Virus record (IMG/VR): IMGVR_UViG_3300012890_000013 | Coordinates: 1-24,507 of that record | DNA length: 24,507 nucleotides | Reading direction: 5' to 3' (one strand) | From: a virus | Taxonomy: Duplodnaviria > Caudoviricetes | Shown: piece after piece, positions 16,889 to 24,507 of the stretch | Position numbering within the stretch: the stretch's first letter is position 1 | How the letters are laid out: every line of letters begins with the position of its first letter | The notes under the pieces: generated by a model | The model's database searches: none | What the model was told of the DNA's origin: nothing | The model's input: the letters and a program-made list of their open reading frames with translations, nothing else | Made by a program: the position numbers and the translations under genes

Positions 16889-19512
16889 TGGCCACAGGTC
16901 GAGTCCTCAAGCTGAAGAACGCTGTCAGCGGAATCGCCGCCGGTTCCCTCGTCTACGCCGGAGCCGGCGGGAGCACTGGCGACGTCGCTGCTGCCGTACC
17001 CGCGTCCAGCGACCTGGCGGACAGCGGCGTGACCTACAGCGTGAACTCCCTGCGAGCCGCCCCGTCCGGCTTCTCCACGGTTAACCTGACCTGGGCGAAC
17101 ACGGACCCGACGAGCGCCGTCACGCAGACGCAGATCACCCGCGACGGGGCCGTCGTGGCGACGCTGGGCCCGGTCACCTCCTGGGCCGACACCAGCGTCC
17201 AGGCGGGCAAGCCGTACACCTACGGTGTCCGCACGCTCAGCGCCTCCAACGCGGCCTCCGAGCGGATGTACGACTACACCCGGGTCGGAGCCGCCGTCCC
17301 GGGCCCCTACAGCGTGTCCGGCACGAAGATCGTGGACCCGACGGGCGCCCAGTTCATCCCCTTCGGCGGCAACGTCGGCGTCAACCAGGGCATCGGCGGC
17401 AACAACTGGTCCGACGAGCTCACCTCCCCGCACATCAAGGAGGCGCTGGACTGGGGGTGGAACACCATCCGCCTGACGGTCTACTGCTCGCGAGAGATCG
17501 ACTGGATCGGCACCGACGCCACGTTCGTCCCGAACAAGGCCTACACGATCTACGACGCCATCGGCTACAACGGTCGGCGCTACAAGCCCGTCGCCAACTT
17601 CACCTCCGGCGCTAGCTTCAACGCCTCCGACTGGACCGACAAGGGCGCCGGCTCCTGCTACGGCCGACAGAAGGCCATCGACGACTCCTTCGCCACCGCG
17701 CAGAAGTACATCGACGCGGGCCTCGTCGTCGTGCTGACCTTCATGGACGTGACCCAGGGCGTCATGACCCAGGGCAACGTCAAGTTCGACGACATCGCCG
17801 ATGCCATCGTCCAGGCCGGGAACCGCTTCAAGGGCGAGTCCCGCCTCTGGGTGAACATCAACGAGCCCATCGGGCCCAGCAGCCCGGCGACGTTCCAGAC
17901 CTGGCACGGCCGCTACTACGACGCCCTGCGCGGCACCGGCGCCAACAACATCATCGTCGCGGACATCATGACCAACGCGCAGGACGCACCCTGGGGCACC
18001 TACAAGCCCGACGGTGTCACGGTCGCGCCGATGCCGAAGGTCTTCGACGCTAGCGTGGGCCCTGCCTTCCTGGCGAACGCAGGCGGCACCCCCCGCACGA
18101 ACGTCGTCTTCGGGTACCACTGCTACGGCGGCCTATCTCAGTCCTACGACACGCAGACCCAGTTCGACAACACCTACAACAGCTACTTCAGCAACTGCCA
18201 GAACGCTGGGCTGTGCGTGGGGTTGTTCGAGACCGGGTACAAGCTCGGAGCCGTCGAACTGCCCGACTCCGGGACCGGGGACAACAACCGCAACATCCGC
18301 GGGTACCGAGCCTGCTTGAAGATCGCGCGGTCCAAGGGCATCGGCTGTGTCGTGTGGGATGCCACCTTCGACATCTTCACCGTGAAGAACACCACGGACT
18401 CCTCGGGCTACCACGGCCAGGGCTACTGGTACGGGGGTGGCGCCTGGGCCGACCTGTCACCCATGGGCCTGGAGTTCTGGAACACCGTCAACCCGGCGTA
18501 CCCGGCGCCCACCAAGGCGCCGGTCCTGTCGGCCGGGTCCTCGCTGGTCACCAGCCAGGACCTGACCTGGAACCGCGTGTCCACCGCAACCTCCTATGAG
18601 CTCGCCTATAAGGCCACCGAGGACACCACGTGGACGACGTTCTCCTCGAGCCTGACGAAGCTGACGGCCTCCATCACTGGACTGACGCAGGACACCAGCT
18701 ACGACTACCGGATCCGGGCCGTCGCCTCTGGCGGTGCAGGCCCCTGGTGCAGCGTCCTCACGAGGAAGACGAACGCCGTCAACGGCCCGCGGCCCACGGC
18801 GCCGTCCACGACGGTCCAGCCGTCCTTCTGGCTGCGCGGCGACCAGATCACCGCCTCCAGCTCGACGCTCATCAGCTGGGCGGACGCAGCCAACGGCCTG
18901 GCCTACGCGGTCCCGTCGGGCAGGAGTGCACCCACCTACAGCGCGACCGGGCTGAGGGGCAAGCCTGCGGCGACCTTCACGAAGGCGGCGACGGCGGGCC
19001 TCTTCTACCCCAAGCCGCTGAAGGCCGAGACGCAGACCATCCTGCTCGTCTTCGCTGTCGGCGCTCTCGGCACCGCCCAGGGCCTCATCCAGGCGACGGA
19101 CGCCGCTGCGGCTGCGGCGAGCCTGAACGTAAGCGCCTACTTCCACGGCTCCAACGTGGTGACGGCTGGCGTCCAGGGCAACACGGGGACGAACGCTTTC
19201 TCCAGCACCGCTCTCGCAGCTGCAGGAGCCGGCATCGGCCGCTTCACCTACGGCGCCGGCGGCGGCGTCGGCACCAACAGCGTGAAGGCCCTGGCCTCCT
19301 CCCTCAACGGCGGTGCGCCTGGCACCTCCAACACGCAGGCGTTCACCGCGGCCACCTCGGCCGGGCTCACGCTCGCCGGCGCCGGGACCACCGGGGCAGA
19401 CGTCACGATCGCCGAGGTCATCGTCTTCGACGCGGCGCTGTCCGCAAGCGACGCCGCGGCGTGGACGCAGTACCTCGGCCAGGTCTACGACCTCTCGGTC
19501 GGGTCCAACTAG
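16888..19512 (+). CDS. Modular glycoside hydrolase: FN3 - GH5-like (with inserted CBM-like module) - FN3 - LamG-like (874 aa)
   Basis: ATG overlaps the upstream stop (TGATG). Motifs YSVSGTKIVDPTG, WGWNTIRL, INEP (17860-17868), YHCY, LFETG (Glu 18229) and VVW; FN3 motifs LTW..YTYGVR and LTW..ITGLTQDTSYDYRIRA. Confidence 0.82.
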   Translation: MATGRVLKLKNAVSGIAAGSLVYAGAGGSTGDVAAAVPASSDLADSGVTYSVNSLRAAPSGFSTVNLTWANTDPTSAVTQTQITRDGAVVATLGPVTSWADTSVQAGKPYTYGVRTLSASNAASERMYDYTRVGAAVPGPYSVSGTKIVDPTGAQFIPFGGNVGVNQGIGGNNWSDELTSPHIKEALDWGWNTIRLTVYCSREIDWIGTDATFVPNKAYTIYDAIGYNGRRYKPVANFTSGASFNASDWTDKGAGSCYGRQKAIDDSFATAQKYIDAGLVVVLTFMDVTQGVMTQGNVKFDDIADAIVQAGNRFKGESRLWVNINEPIGPSSPATFQTWHGRYYDALRGTGANNIIVADIMTNAQDAPWGTYKPDGVTVAPMPKVFDASVGPAFLANAGGTPRTNVVFGYHCYGGLSQSYDTQTQFDNTYNSYFSNCQNAGLCVGLFETGYKLGAVELPDSGTGDNNRNIRGYRACLKIARSKGIGCVVWDATFDIFTVKNTTDSSGYHGQGYWYGGGAWADLSPMGLEFWNTVNPAYPAPTKAPVLSAGSSLVTSQDLTWNRVSTATSYELAYKATEDTTWTTFSSSLTKLTASITGLTQDTSYDYRIRAVASGGAGPWCSVLTRKTNAVNGPRPTAPSTTVQPSFWLRGDQITASSSTLISWADAANGLAYAVPSGRSAPTYSATGLRGKPAATFTKAATAGLFYPKPLKAETQTILLVFAVGALGTAQGLIQATDAAAAAASLNVSAYFHGSNVVTAGVQGNTGTNAFSSTALAAAGAGIGRFTYGAGGGVGTNSVKALASSLNGGAPGTSNTQAFTAATSAGLTLAGAGTTGADVTIAEVIVFDAALSASDAAAWTQYLGQVYDLSVGSN

Positions 19513-19537
19513 CTCAGACGGCAGAAGGGACTCCGCC

Positions 19538-22417
19538 ATGAAGAGCATCGCCAACCTGACATCCTCAGGCGGCACTCGTGTGGGACTCCCAGCTGGGACG
19601 CCTGTCCGCCTCGGCGCGCCCGGCACGACTGAACTGCCCCGGCTGACGGTCTCGTCAGCCGGGGTGGTGCAGCGGGCCGGGCAGCCGTTCCGCACGGCCG
19701 GCGCCAACATCTTCCAGCTCGTGAACAACGACTACCCGGACAAGGCAGGGCGTCTGATGACGCACGCCGAGATCGACTCGCTCCTCGACAGGGCCGTCAC
19801 CCTCAAGCTGGGCGTGGTCCGCGCCCTCACCCTGGGGCAGAACATCGGCTCGACGAGCGCACACCTCGTCGCGGGCATCACCGGCACGACCAACCCGGTC
19901 ATCACGTACCGGCCCGCGGTGTGGGAAGTCATGGACTACGCCATCAAGGCGGCCACCGACCGCGGTCTGTACCTGGTGACGACCCTGACGGGCGAGCCGG
20001 GCTCCTACCACGGGTCGAAGAGGGACTGGGTCAACTTCCGTCGGCCGGGGACGTGCTCGACGGACCTGTCGGTCAACTCCGCCGGCTCCGAGACGGAGAA
20101 GGCCGCCGAGAGCTACTTCTACAGCGACACCCAGATCGGCGTGACGGACTTCCGCACCTACACGCGCGACATCTTGACCCACGTCAACGTCTACACGGGC
20201 CGCGCCTACAAGGACGAGCCCGCGCTGTGCCTGCAGTCCGGCAACGAGATGTGGACGGCCGACAGCTACCGCACCTGGCAGACGTCCTGGGCTGACTACG
20301 TCAAGACCATCGCCCCCGACACCCTGATCCTCGACGGCATGGGCGCCGACCTGTCGTCCTACTGGGCCACCCAGCCCGGTGGGGACGCGCTCGAGCACAT
20401 CATCACCGCCGAGGCCCTGGCCAACCAGAGCATCAGGGTGCACACCCTGCACCCCTACTCGGTGGCCACGGCCGCCGACGTCACCGAGGCGGCCCGACGC
20501 TGCGCACTGGCCGGCAAGGCCCTGGCTGTGGACGAGTACGGCTGGTCGAAGGCCAACGCCGCGGACATCGAGGCAGCCGTGCGCGCGTCGCCCAACGCCT
20601 TCTTCTCCGCCTGGTGGTCCCTGCAGAACGACGCCGACCTGCACAACGGCGGGCCGGGCGTCGGCTACGGCACCGACGACGCCTCGCTGTACGTCCCCGG
20701 CAAGGACGCCACCCAGACCACGGCCATCACCCGGCTCCTCGCGCACTCCAGCGCGATGACCGCGGCGGCGGCTTCTGCCGGCGCCCCGGACCTGGTCGTC
20801 ACGTCGCTGTCCAGCTCGCCGACCAACCCGGCCGCAGGCGCTGCGGTGACCTTCTCCGGGGTGGTGAAGAACCAGGGCACGGCCGCGACCCCCGCCGGCA
20901 CCGTCGTCGGCCTGGCCTTCTCCATCGACGGAGGCCTGGTCGCCTGGTCCGACACGTCGTCCACCTCGCTGGCAGCGGGCGCGTCCCGCACGCTCACCGC
21001 CAACGGCGGACCGCTGGGCGTGGCCACCTGGACGGCGACCGCCGGCGCGCACGCTCTGTCCGCGACCGTCGACGACGTCAACCGCATCACCGGCGAGCTC
21101 GACGAGACCAACAACACCTCCGCCACGAGCACGCTCACCGTCACCGGCTCAGCCACACCCGTGGCGGCCGTCACCGGCGCGCGCAGCATGGTCGTGCCGG
21201 CGTCGGACCCGCTGGTCTCGGACTGGACGGACGATGCCGTCGATGCCCAGTCGTTGACGATGCACGCGAACTACGCCTCGGAGGACGACGTCACGAACAT
21301 CGTGGCGCCGGCTTTGCGGGACTCCGGGGTGCGCCACTGGCGTGACGGGTTCGGCAACAACGCCGCGTCGATCCGCAAGGTGCAGAGCATCGCCAGCATC
21401 GCGGTCGGCACCCGCGGCTGCGTCACGGTCGATACCCGGGACGGGAACAACCCGGGCAACGTCGTCGCCTACCTCACCGCGCTCGGCGGGGACGCCAACC
21501 TGTGGGCGGCCGAGGGCCTCAACGAGTGGGACATCCACTCCGAGCTGCGCGACGACCAGGGCCAGGGCTTCCCCAACCCGGACTACGCCAACCGGCTCTA
21601 CGCGGCGATCAAGACTGCTCGAGACGCGGGCAACACGGCCATCGACGGCATCCTCGTCGGGACGCCGACCATGGCGAACCCGCTGAACTCGTCCACCCTC
21701 GGGCCGGTCTCCGCCGACGTGACGATGCACCACCCCTACCAGGGTGGGGCGCTGCCGATGGACCAGATGACGTCGAAGTGGATCCCGAACGCCGACCGGC
21801 TGGAGCGCACGTCCGGCACCGGCACGCGGCCGCTGTTCTCCTCCGAGACCGGCTACCACCTCGTCGACACCATGGCCGGGCAGAACGGCATCACGATGAA
21901 CGCCGCGCGCAAGTACATCCCGCGCCTGTTCCTCGGCTACCGCAGGCTCTCGCGCCTGAACCAGCGGTGGATCGCGCCGTCCCTCTACAACCTGTCGACC
22001 GACCAGTGGTCGCTGCTGCTGACGTCCACCGGGGCCCGCACTGCGGCCTTCAACGCGCTCGCGTCGCTGAACACCCTCCTCGCGGACCGAGGCACTCGCC
22101 CCACTCCGCAGTCGGTGGCCGGCGTCGACACCGGCGGCGTCGCCGACGTCCAGTTCCACGTCATGGGCAAGCGCGACGGCTCCCTCTGGGTGGCCGCGTG
22201 GCGCGAGACCGCGTCGTGCATCCCGAACAACAACGCCGCGACCAGGCAGGACATCACCGTCGCCCGGGTCCCGGTCACGGTCACCCTGCCCTCGTCGCGG
22301 GCCGGGGTGGTCTACCGCCCCTCCACGACGGGTACCGCGGCGCAGGAGACGACCTCGACGGGTACCACGCACACCGTCCAGGTCGGCGACGAAGCGACCC
22401 TGGTCCGCCTCGCATGA
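19538..22417 (+). CDS. Double glycoside hydrolase: GH5 (mannanase-like) - CARDB - second clan GH-A-like domain (959 aa)
   Basis: GAAGGGA RBS. Domain 1: PFRTAGAN, HVNVYTGRAYKDEP, GNE (Glu 20246), LHPY, DEYG (Glu 20534). CARDB: PDLVVT..VKNQG..VDDVNRITGELDETNN. Domain 2: GVRHWRD, EGLNE (Glu 21524), HPYQG, SETGY (Glu 21845). Confidence 0.82.
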   Translation: MKSIANLTSSGGTRVGLPAGTPVRLGAPGTTELPRLTVSSAGVVQRAGQPFRTAGANIFQLVNNDYPDKAGRLMTHAEIDSLLDRAVTLKLGVVRALTLGQNIGSTSAHLVAGITGTTNPVITYRPAVWEVMDYAIKAATDRGLYLVTTLTGEPGSYHGSKRDWVNFRRPGTCSTDLSVNSAGSETEKAAESYFYSDTQIGVTDFRTYTRDILTHVNVYTGRAYKDEPALCLQSGNEMWTADSYRTWQTSWADYVKTIAPDTLILDGMGADLSSYWATQPGGDALEHIITAEALANQSIRVHTLHPYSVATAADVTEAARRCALAGKALAVDEYGWSKANAADIEAAVRASPNAFFSAWWSLQNDADLHNGGPGVGYGTDDASLYVPGKDATQTTAITRLLAHSSAMTAAAASAGAPDLVVTSLSSSPTNPAAGAAVTFSGVVKNQGTAATPAGTVVGLAFSIDGGLVAWSDTSSTSLAAGASRTLTANGGPLGVATWTATAGAHALSATVDDVNRITGELDETNNTSATSTLTVTGSATPVAAVTGARSMVVPASDPLVSDWTDDAVDAQSLTMHANYASEDDVTNIVAPALRDSGVRHWRDGFGNNAASIRKVQSIASIAVGTRGCVTVDTRDGNNPGNVVAYLTALGGDANLWAAEGLNEWDIHSELRDDQGQGFPNPDYANRLYAAIKTARDAGNTAIDGILVGTPTMANPLNSSTLGPVSADVTMHHPYQGGALPMDQMTSKWIPNADRLERTSGTGTRPLFSSETGYHLVDTMAGQNGITMNAARKYIPRLFLGYRRLSRLNQRWIAPSLYNLSTDQWSLLLTSTGARTAAFNALASLNTLLADRGTRPTPQSVAGVDTGGVADVQFHVMGKRDGSLWVAAWRETASCIPNNNAATRQDITVARVPVTVTLPSSRAGVVYRPSTTGTAAQETTSTGTTHTVQVGDEATLVRLA

Positions 22418-22485
22418 CCGCACACGGCCGGGCACCCCGGCGCCATGGATGGCACCTCTACCTGCACCAGCGATCGGAGATGCCC

Positions 22486-22938
22486 ATGGCGCTCACCCGC
22501 CGCTTCCTGCGGAGCAGGGTCGGTCGGCGAGGTCAGTTCCTCGTCTACGCCGGCGCCGCCTTCGCCATCATCGGCTACGGCTACGTGGCGTCGCCGGTGC
22601 TCAGGCGGCCGGGCGTGCACGTCGTGCACGACCTGGTCCCGCCGCCCTGGTGGGGGGTGGCATGGGTCATCGCGGGGGTGATCGGCATCGGCTTCGCCTG
22701 GGCCCGCAAGCCCGGCCGCGACCGCCTCGGGTACGCCGCGCTCATCCTCATGCCGTCCCTGCAGGCGGCGTCCTACGCCACCTCCTGGGTGCTCTACCTG
22801 TTCCACCAGCCGGGGGACCCGCGGGGGATCTACACCGCGCTCATCTTCGTGGCCTTCGCCCGCTTCATCGGCCTCGTCGCCGGCTGGCCGGAGCCGCGAG
22901 TCTCCTACGCCGACCTCCGACCACGAGGTGACGCGTGA
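22486..22938 (+). CDS. Membrane protein with ~4 TM segments in the lysis module
   Basis: Four hydrophobic stretches and a basic N-terminus; GGAG 6 nt before ATG 22486. Alternative starts are 22480 and 22414 (ATGA-coupled). Confidence 0.75.
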   Translation: MALTRRFLRSRVGRRGQFLVYAGAAFAIIGYGYVASPVLRRPGVHVVHDLVPPPWWGVAWVIAGVIGIGFAWARKPGRDRLGYAALILMPSLQAASYATSWVLYLFHQPGDPRGIYTALIFVAFARFIGLVAGWPEPRVSYADLRPRGDA

Positions 22939-23306
22939 GCGGGGTCGAGGGGGGCGACTCCACCCTCTGGGGCGCCGCCGCCACCGTCCTCGTCGCGCTC
23001 ATCGGCTACCTGTCCGTGCGAGCCACCGCGCGCGCGGGGCGCCGCGCCGGCCGCGAGCAGGAGTCGATCGAGCGAGGCGTCGTCTCCACGGAGACGCTCG
23101 TCGAGCTGGTCGGCACCTACGAGAACCGCCTCCACGAGGTCGAGAAGCGGATCAAGAAGACCGAGCAGGACCTCAACGGCATGCACGACTGGAAGCGCGC
23201 CGCCATCCGCTACATCCGGGCCCTGCGCCAGCACAGCGTGCACCACTCCCCCGGCGAGCTGCTGCCCGAGCCTCCGCCCGAGCTGCTCCTCGACCTCGCC
23301 GACTGA
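22935..23306 (+). CDS. Single-TM plus coiled-coil protein (holin-like/lysis accessory)
   Basis: N-terminal TM (LWGAAATVLVALIGYLSV), coiled coil, then AIRYIRAL..LPEPPPEL tail typical of actinophage lysis-cassette membrane proteins. Confidence 0.75.
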   Translation: MSGVEGGDSTLWGAAATVLVALIGYLSVRATARAGRRAGREQESIERGVVSTETLVELVGTYENRLHEVEKRIKKTEQDLNGMHDWKRAAIRYIRALRQHSVHHSPGELLPEPPPELLLDLAD

Positions 23307-23313
23307 CCCCCGC

Positions 23314-23351
23314 CACGACGGGCCCGCCGCACCAGCGACGGGCCCGTCGTG
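23314..23351. terminator. Strong inverted repeat, putative intrinsic terminator or regulatory hairpin
   Basis: cacgacgggcccg (23314-23326) and cgggcccgtcgtg (23339-23351) are perfect 13-bp arms 7 nt after a stop; no U-tract. Confidence 0.6.
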
Positions 23352-23381
23352 CTGTCCACACCCCGACCACATGGAGGCGCT

Positions 23382-23492
23382 GTGAGCACCGACCCCACCC
23401 ACTGGCCTGAGCCGGACCCCAACGACGGCGACGGCTCGCAGTACGCGGAGACCGAGGAGAACGACGGCACCCCGGGAGCCGTGCACCCGTGA
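23382..23492 (+). CDS. 36-aa acidic peptide upstream of the endolysin
   Basis: GGAGG (23373-23377) then GTG; MSTDPTHWPEPDPNDGDGSQYAETEENDGTPGAVHP; stop overlaps the endolysin start (GTGA). Confidence 0.6.
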   Translation: MSTDPTHWPEPDPNDGDGSQYAETEENDGTPGAVHP

Positions 23493-24241
23493 CCATCACC
23501 AAGACGATCCCGGCGATCAACACCGCCACCGGGAAGCCCCGCTACTCCAGCCGCGGCGGCGCCAAGGTGCGCCTGCTGATCCTGCACACCATGGAGGGCG
23601 CCCGGACCGTCGAGGCATGCGGGTCCTGGTTCCGCAACCCCGCCGCGCCGAACGCCTCCAGCCACGTGGGCATCGACGACGACGACACCGCGCTCTACGT
23701 CCCCTACGAGTACAGCGCCTGGACCGCAGCCAGCGCGAACCCCGTCGCCGACCAGGCCGAGCTCGCCGCCTTCGCCGCTTGGAGCCCCGCCGAGTGGGAC
23801 ACCCACGCCGGGATGATCGAGCGCACCGCCCAGTGGGTGGCCGAGCGGGCCAAGGCCCGCGGCATCCCCCTCGTGCGCCTGCACGACAAGCAGACCAAGA
23901 CCGGCACCGGCGTTTGCATGCACGTCGACATCACTCGCGGGTGGGGAGTCGGCACCCACCAGGACTGCGGCGCCAGCTTCCCCATCGATCGCATCATCGC
24001 CCGCGCCATCCAGATCAACACCGTCAACCTCGTGGAGGACATCGTGGCCAGCCTGAACGACGACGAGAAGGGCCGCCTCATGCGGGCCATCGACAACTAC
24101 AACCGCACCTGGGACGAGATGCAGGAGTCCAAGGTCGACGGCAAGAAGCTCTGGCTCGCCGACGCCCTCATGTTCCAGGAGGCCAACGTCGCCAAGGTCC
24201 CCGCGCTGCTCCAGCGCCTCGTCGACAAGCTGGGAGCCTGA
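23489..24241 (+). CDS. Endolysin, N-acetylmuramoyl-L-alanine amidase (Amidase_2 type)
   Basis: LILHTMEG, ASSHVGID, AWTA..AN, CMHVDI and HQDCG Zn-amidase motifs; adjacent to the holin. Confidence 0.92.
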   Translation: MTITKTIPAINTATGKPRYSSRGGAKVRLLILHTMEGARTVEACGSWFRNPAAPNASSHVGIDDDDTALYVPYEYSAWTAASANPVADQAELAAFAAWSPAEWDTHAGMIERTAQWVAERAKARGIPLVRLHDKQTKTGTGVCMHVDITRGWGVGTHQDCGASFPIDRIIARAIQINTVNLVEDIVASLNDDEKGRLMRAIDNYNRTWDEMQESKVDGKKLWLADALMFQEANVAKVPALLQRLVDKLGA

Positions 24242-24243
24242 TC

Positions 24244-24507
24244 ATGGCCAGGCACGTCACCAGCACGTCCTGGAAGCCCTGGGCCACGAAGGCCGGCCGC
24301 CAGGCCAAGGCCATCGCCTCCACCCTCGTGGCCGCCGCCGGCGGAACCGTCCTCGCCGCCCTGGCCGACGGCCAGATCACCGGCCAGGAGTGGTGGGGCA
24401 TCGCCGTCGTCGCGGCCGCCGCCTACGGCATCACCTTCAGCGTGCCCAACGCCCCCAACCGGCGCGCGCAGATCATGCCCGTCCCCGATGCCCGCGACGG
24501 CAGCTGA
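24244..24507 (+). CDS. Holin (2 TM, actinophage type)
   Basis: ATG 2 nt after the endolysin stop; AKAIASTLVAAAGG..LADGQITGQEWWGIAVVAAAAYGITFSVPN. Confidence 0.8.
   Translation: MARHVTSTSWKPWATKAGRQAKAIASTLVAAAGGTVLAALADGQITGQEWWGIAVVAAAAYGITFSVPNAPNRRAQIMPVPDARDGS

Noticed and set aside
16888-16980. Possible Sec signal peptide on the GH5 protein (MATGRVLKLKNAVSGIAAGSLVYAGA)
   Set aside because: The N-region is basic but the hydrophobic core is weak and Gly/Ser-broken. Not called, though SignalP should be run because a positive result would favour a secreted-moron reading.
16157-19509. Possible diversity-generating retroelement TR/VR pair
   Set aside because: Differences between the copies are spread over all bases rather than adenine-specific, both copies are coding, and no reverse transcriptase is in the window.
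22427-22441. Short GC hairpin gccgggcaccccggc after the last hydrolase gene
   Set aside because: A 6-bp stem is expected by chance at this GC content and there is no U-tract.
1-24507. Gene transfer agent or contractile tail/tailocin interpretation
   Set aside because: There are no sheath or contractile baseplate genes, and the complete HK97 head plus long tape measure fits a siphovirus. Prophage versus free phage cannot be decided because no integrase or att site is in the window.

Overview
This window is the late (morphogenesis and lysis) region of a high-GC actinobacterial siphovirus or prophage. Nearly all real genes lie on the + strand and many are translationally coupled. Order: end of an HK97-type portal, prohead protease, major capsid, head-tail joining genes, major tail protein, tail chaperones with a -1 frameshift site (C CCA AAA), a 1729-aa tape measure with a lytic transglycosylase domain, and distal-tail/baseplate genes. 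An ~7.6 kb accessory fibre and glycoside-hydrolase cassette follows, then a lysis module (two membrane proteins, amidase endolysin, holin). Most unusual: (1) the cassette has three clan GH-A-like catalytic domains plus FN3, CARDB, CBM-like and duplicated LamG-like domains, and its first gene starts with a copy of the small protein encoded just before the major tail gene, possibly a virion-docking module; (2) a free-standing 73-aa ORF in the head module carries the tape-measure 'GG...GE[FY]VV' motif; (3) an unannotated acidic 36-aa peptide precedes the endolysin, which also has an internal start site. All family calls are by eye from motifs and gene order; no searches were run.
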